A DNA stretch of 64,000 nucleotides from an uncultured Gammaproteobacteria bacterium (GTDB lineage: Bacteria; Pseudomonadota; Gammaproteobacteria; Steroidobacterales; Steroidobacteraceae), in contig CAVWOW010000019.1 of NCBI GenBank assembly GCA_963756755.1, positions 23,916 to 87,915 on the forward strand, read 5' to 3'. Positions within the stretch are counted from its first letter, which is position 1. Each line of letters starts with the position of its first letter. The notes beneath the pieces are model-generated. The model was given only the letters and a program-made list of their open reading frames with translations, had not been told where the DNA came from and made no database searches. Positions 61,305 to 64,000 of this stretch are shown here, one piece after another. Position numbers and translations under genes: made by a program.

Positions 61305-62341
61305 CGGATGCGCAGGCGTCGTAATCTCATGTCGCGGCGTCCGCGCACGCCCGCCAGGATCTCCCGCAGCAGCGTGTCGTCGATGTTCCCGCCGGTCAGC
61401 ACGACGACGATCGTGCGGCCTGCGGTCGGCAGGCGGGCGTTGCGTCACGCAGGCGAGCGCGACCGCGCCGCCCGGCTCGACGATGAGCTTGAGCGTGCGC
61501 GCCGCCCAGGCGATCGCGCGGCCCGGACTTCGTCGTCGGTCGCGACGAGCGCACCCGCGAGCAGCCGACGATTGACCTCGAAGGTGATCTCGCCCGGCGT
61601 CGGACTCATCAACGCGTCGCAGATCGATCCGCTCAGCCTGTCGTTTCGCACGCGCCGGCCGGCCGCGAGCGAGCGGCGATGATCGTCGAAGCCGGCGGGT
61701 TCAGCGGCCCAGACGCGCGTGCCCGGCAGGCGCGCCTCGAGCGCGAGCGCGATGCCGGCGACGAGGCCACCACCGCTGCAGCAGACGATGACCTCGTCGG
61801 GCACGACACCCGCGGCGACGCACTGCTCGGCGATCTCGAGCCCGACCGTGCCCTGGCCCGCCACGATGTCCGGGTCGTCGAATGCCGGCACGAGCACGGC
61901 CTGCCGTTCCTGCGCGATCCGCGCGGCGATCTCCTCGCGGCTCTCGCGGTCGCGATCGTATTCCACGACCTCGGCGCCGAGCGCGCGCGTATTGTCGAGC
62001 TTGGTGCGCGGCGCGTCGCGCGGCATGACGATCGTCGCGGGCATGCCCGAGCAGCCCGGCCGCGGCCGCCACTCCCTGCGCATGGTTGCCCGAGGAATAC
62101 GCGACGACGCCGCGCGCGCGCTGCTGGCGCGTCGAGCTGGGCCAGGCGGTTGTAAGCGCCGCGGAACTTGAACGATCCGGTGTGCTGAAGCGATTCCACC
62201 TTGAACAGCACCCGTGCCGCCCGTGAGCGCATCGAGCGGCGTGCCGGCGAGCAGCGGAGTGCGCCGCGCATGACCCGCGAGCCGGCGCTGCGCCGCCTCG
62301 ACGTCGGCGAACGTCGGGAGGCGGCTCATCTCGGGCGCCAT
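61301..62341 (-). pseudogene. Threonine/serine dehydratase (PLP fold type II), about five frame breaks
   Basis: MAPEMSRLPTFADVEAAQRRLAGHARRTPLL | RVLFKVESLQHTGSFKFRGAYNRL | RGVVAYSSGNHAQGVAAAAGLLG | MPATIVMPRDAPRTKLDNTRALGAEVV...CCSGGGLVAGIALA...VATDDEV | AIAWAARTLKLIVEPGGAVALA | ...GRTIVVVLTGGNIDDTLLREIL. Confidence 0.8.
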
Positions 62342-62376
62342 TGAGGGCGGATACGGCGAGGGCGCAACATGGGCGC

Positions 62377-63533
62377 GTGAGCGTACACCAAGTGTTGCCG
62401 CCGGGTTGTGAACCGCGTTGCCCCGGTTGCCGGCATCGCAGCCTCGATGCGGGCGGCGAGCGACGCGCAGAAGCAGGCCTACCTCTCGCGCGTGCTGGGG
62501 ACGCTGGGCCGGGCGCCTGCAGCCGATCCGTGCCGCACCCGAGTCGGCGCGGCTCGGTTACCGGCAGCGCGTGACGCTGTCGGCCGCCTGCGACGCGGCC
62601 GGCGGCTGGCGCTTCGGTCTCATGCGCCGTGACGAGCTGATCGCGATCCACGACTGCCCGGTGCACAACCCCACGGTCCGCGCGCTCGTTCATCATCTCG
62701 TGCGGCGCCTGCCGCCGAGCGATGCGCTGCCGCTCGCCTATCCTGCAGGTCGCCGGCCGGCAGGCGACACTTATCGTGAAGGCGCGCGAGTGGCCATGCG
62801 CTCCGCTCGGCGCCGTGTTGCAGGATCTGGAGACGACCGGGATCGAGGGCCTGTGGCTGCATCTGCATCCGTGCGCCGGGCAGGCGCCTGTTCGCCCGCT
62901 CCGGCTGGCGGCTGCTCTGGGGTCGTGCCGAATCCCGCGACGAGCTGGGTCTCATCCATGGTCCGCGGGCCTTCCTGCAGCCTTTGCCGGGTCTGCAACG
63001 GGATGCCGTGCTGACCGCCGCAGCGCATCTTCGCGCGGGCGAGGGTACGAGCGTGCTCGATCTCTATTGCGGTCACGGCGCGACGCTGCGCATGTGGAGC
63101 GACGCGGGTGCACGAGCGCTCGGTGTCGAGCTCTCGGGTGAAGCGGTGCGCGACGCCGCGCGCAACGCGCCGGGTGCAGCGATCCTGCGCGGCAGCTGCA
63201 CGCAGCGGCTGCCTCAGATCCGCGCCTGGTGGGCGGCCGGTGGCGACGTCCGGCTCGCGTTCGTGAACCCGCCGCGCTCCGGTCTCGACGGCGAGGTTGC
63301 CCGCGCGCTCGCGCGGGAGCTGCGCCCCGTCGCGTCTCGCGTATCTCTCCTGCAGTGCGGGCACGCTCGCCCGCGACCTCGCCGTCTTCGAGGCTGCCGG
63401 ATATCGTGTCGCCTCGATCCTCCCGTACGATTTCTTCCCGCAGACCCATCACGTCGAGGCGCTCGCGCTCGCCGAGGTGCCCGCCGAGGTGCCGGGCCGC
63501 AGTTTCGCAGTTATTGACAACCGCGGATCTTGA
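62377..63533 (+). pseudogene. RumA/TrmA-family RNA (uracil-5)-methyltransferase, five frame breaks; start uncertain
   Basis: N-terminal cysteine cluster CEPRCPGC. LGYRQRVTLSA, DLYCGHGATL, motif IV FVNPPRSGL, nucleophile motif YLSCSAGTLARDL, and [13 protein letters not shown]. Length 1157 nt = 3n+2, consistent with five extra bases. Confidence 0.75.
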
Positions 63534-63605
63534 CGGTCGGCGATCATGCCAATAACTGCGAAACTGCGGCCCGGCACCTCGGCGGAAACTGCGGCCCGGC
63601 ACCTC
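63471..63605. repeat. Compound palindromic (REP/MITE-like) element: 36-bp perfect inverted repeat with 33-nt loop, plus flanking partial repeat copies
   Basis: 63481..63516 (CCGCCGAGGTGCCGGGCCGCAGTTTCGCAGTTATTG) is the exact reverse complement of 63550..63585. GAAACTGCGGCCCGGCACCTC recurs directly at 63560..63580 and 63585..63605. GCCGAGGTGCC recurs at 63471 and 63483. The element spans the 3' ends of both convergent genes. Confidence 0.85.
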
Positions 63606-64000
63606 AGCGAGCGGCGCGAGTGCGGCTCCGGCGTCCCTTGCGCAGCAGCTCGGCGCGGGCGGCGGCGAGCTCGCGGCGCCGGCGAGCGTCCACGCGCGGA
63701 TAGTGCAATCCGAGCGACTCGAGCGCGTCGACGATCGCGGCTGCGACCACGAGCCGGGTAAACCACTTGTGATCGGCCGGCACCACGAACCAGGGCGCAT
63801 GCGGGCGTCGCGGTGTGGCGGATCATCTCCTCGTAGGCCCGCATGTAATCGTTCCAGCGGGCGCGCTCGCGCACGTCGCCGACGGCGAACTTCCAGTTCT
63901 TCTCCGGCTCGTCGAGCCGTGCGAGAAAACGTTGCCGCTGCTCCTCCTTCGAGACGTGGAGGAAGAACTTCCGGATGATCGTTCCGTTGCGGGTGAGGTA
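63604..64000 (-). pseudogene. Polyphosphate kinase 2 (PPK2), C-terminal part (5' end outside the window), one frame break near 63795
   Basis: Hand translation from the window edge: [66 protein letters not shown] | [32 protein letters not shown]... The stop is at 63604. Confidence 0.8.

Overview
High-GC (roughly two-thirds G+C by eye) proteobacterial-type chromosomal DNA that is densely coding on both strands. I saw no rRNA, tRNA, CRISPR array, transposase, integrase or phage genes. I did not recognise a coherent novel system such as a defence island, and I prefer to say so rather than force one.

Content, in order:
- a periplasmic peptidase pair
- small-molecule metabolism and transport genes
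- a 5'-3' exonuclease followed by DNA polymerase II
- an OmpA/DUF4398 envelope pair
- a very large CheB-CheR-PAS-histidine kinase-receiver fusion
- an NHEJ block (ligD, ku, a MerR-like/TPR gene, xthA)
- a sulfatase island: formylglycine-generating enzyme, two paralogous Cys-type sulfatases, two paralogous HAD-like genes and an orphan kinase
- a cluster of small YciI/PhnB/DUF1428-type genes
- threonine synthase, an EF-hand protein and a POT transporter
- a ~980-aa secreted PQQ-type sugar dehydrogenase/Ig/Calx-beta protein
- modBC, two transporters, ApbE, threonine dehydratase, an RNA uracil methyltransferase and the 3' part of PPK2

The most striking property is technical or evolutionary. About 55-65 reading-frame breaks (hand count) interrupt 26 otherwise recognisable genes. 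Nearly all are repaired by removing one base, and they cluster strongly at 38.4-39.8 kb and 50.9-63.8 kb. Genes written as 'pseudogene' below are frame-broken as the sequence stands; sequence error is at least as likely as true decay.

Other items worth a second look are the NHEJ accessory genes, the exonuclease-polB pairing, the apparently leaderless sulfatases, and two palindromic elements at convergent gene ends.
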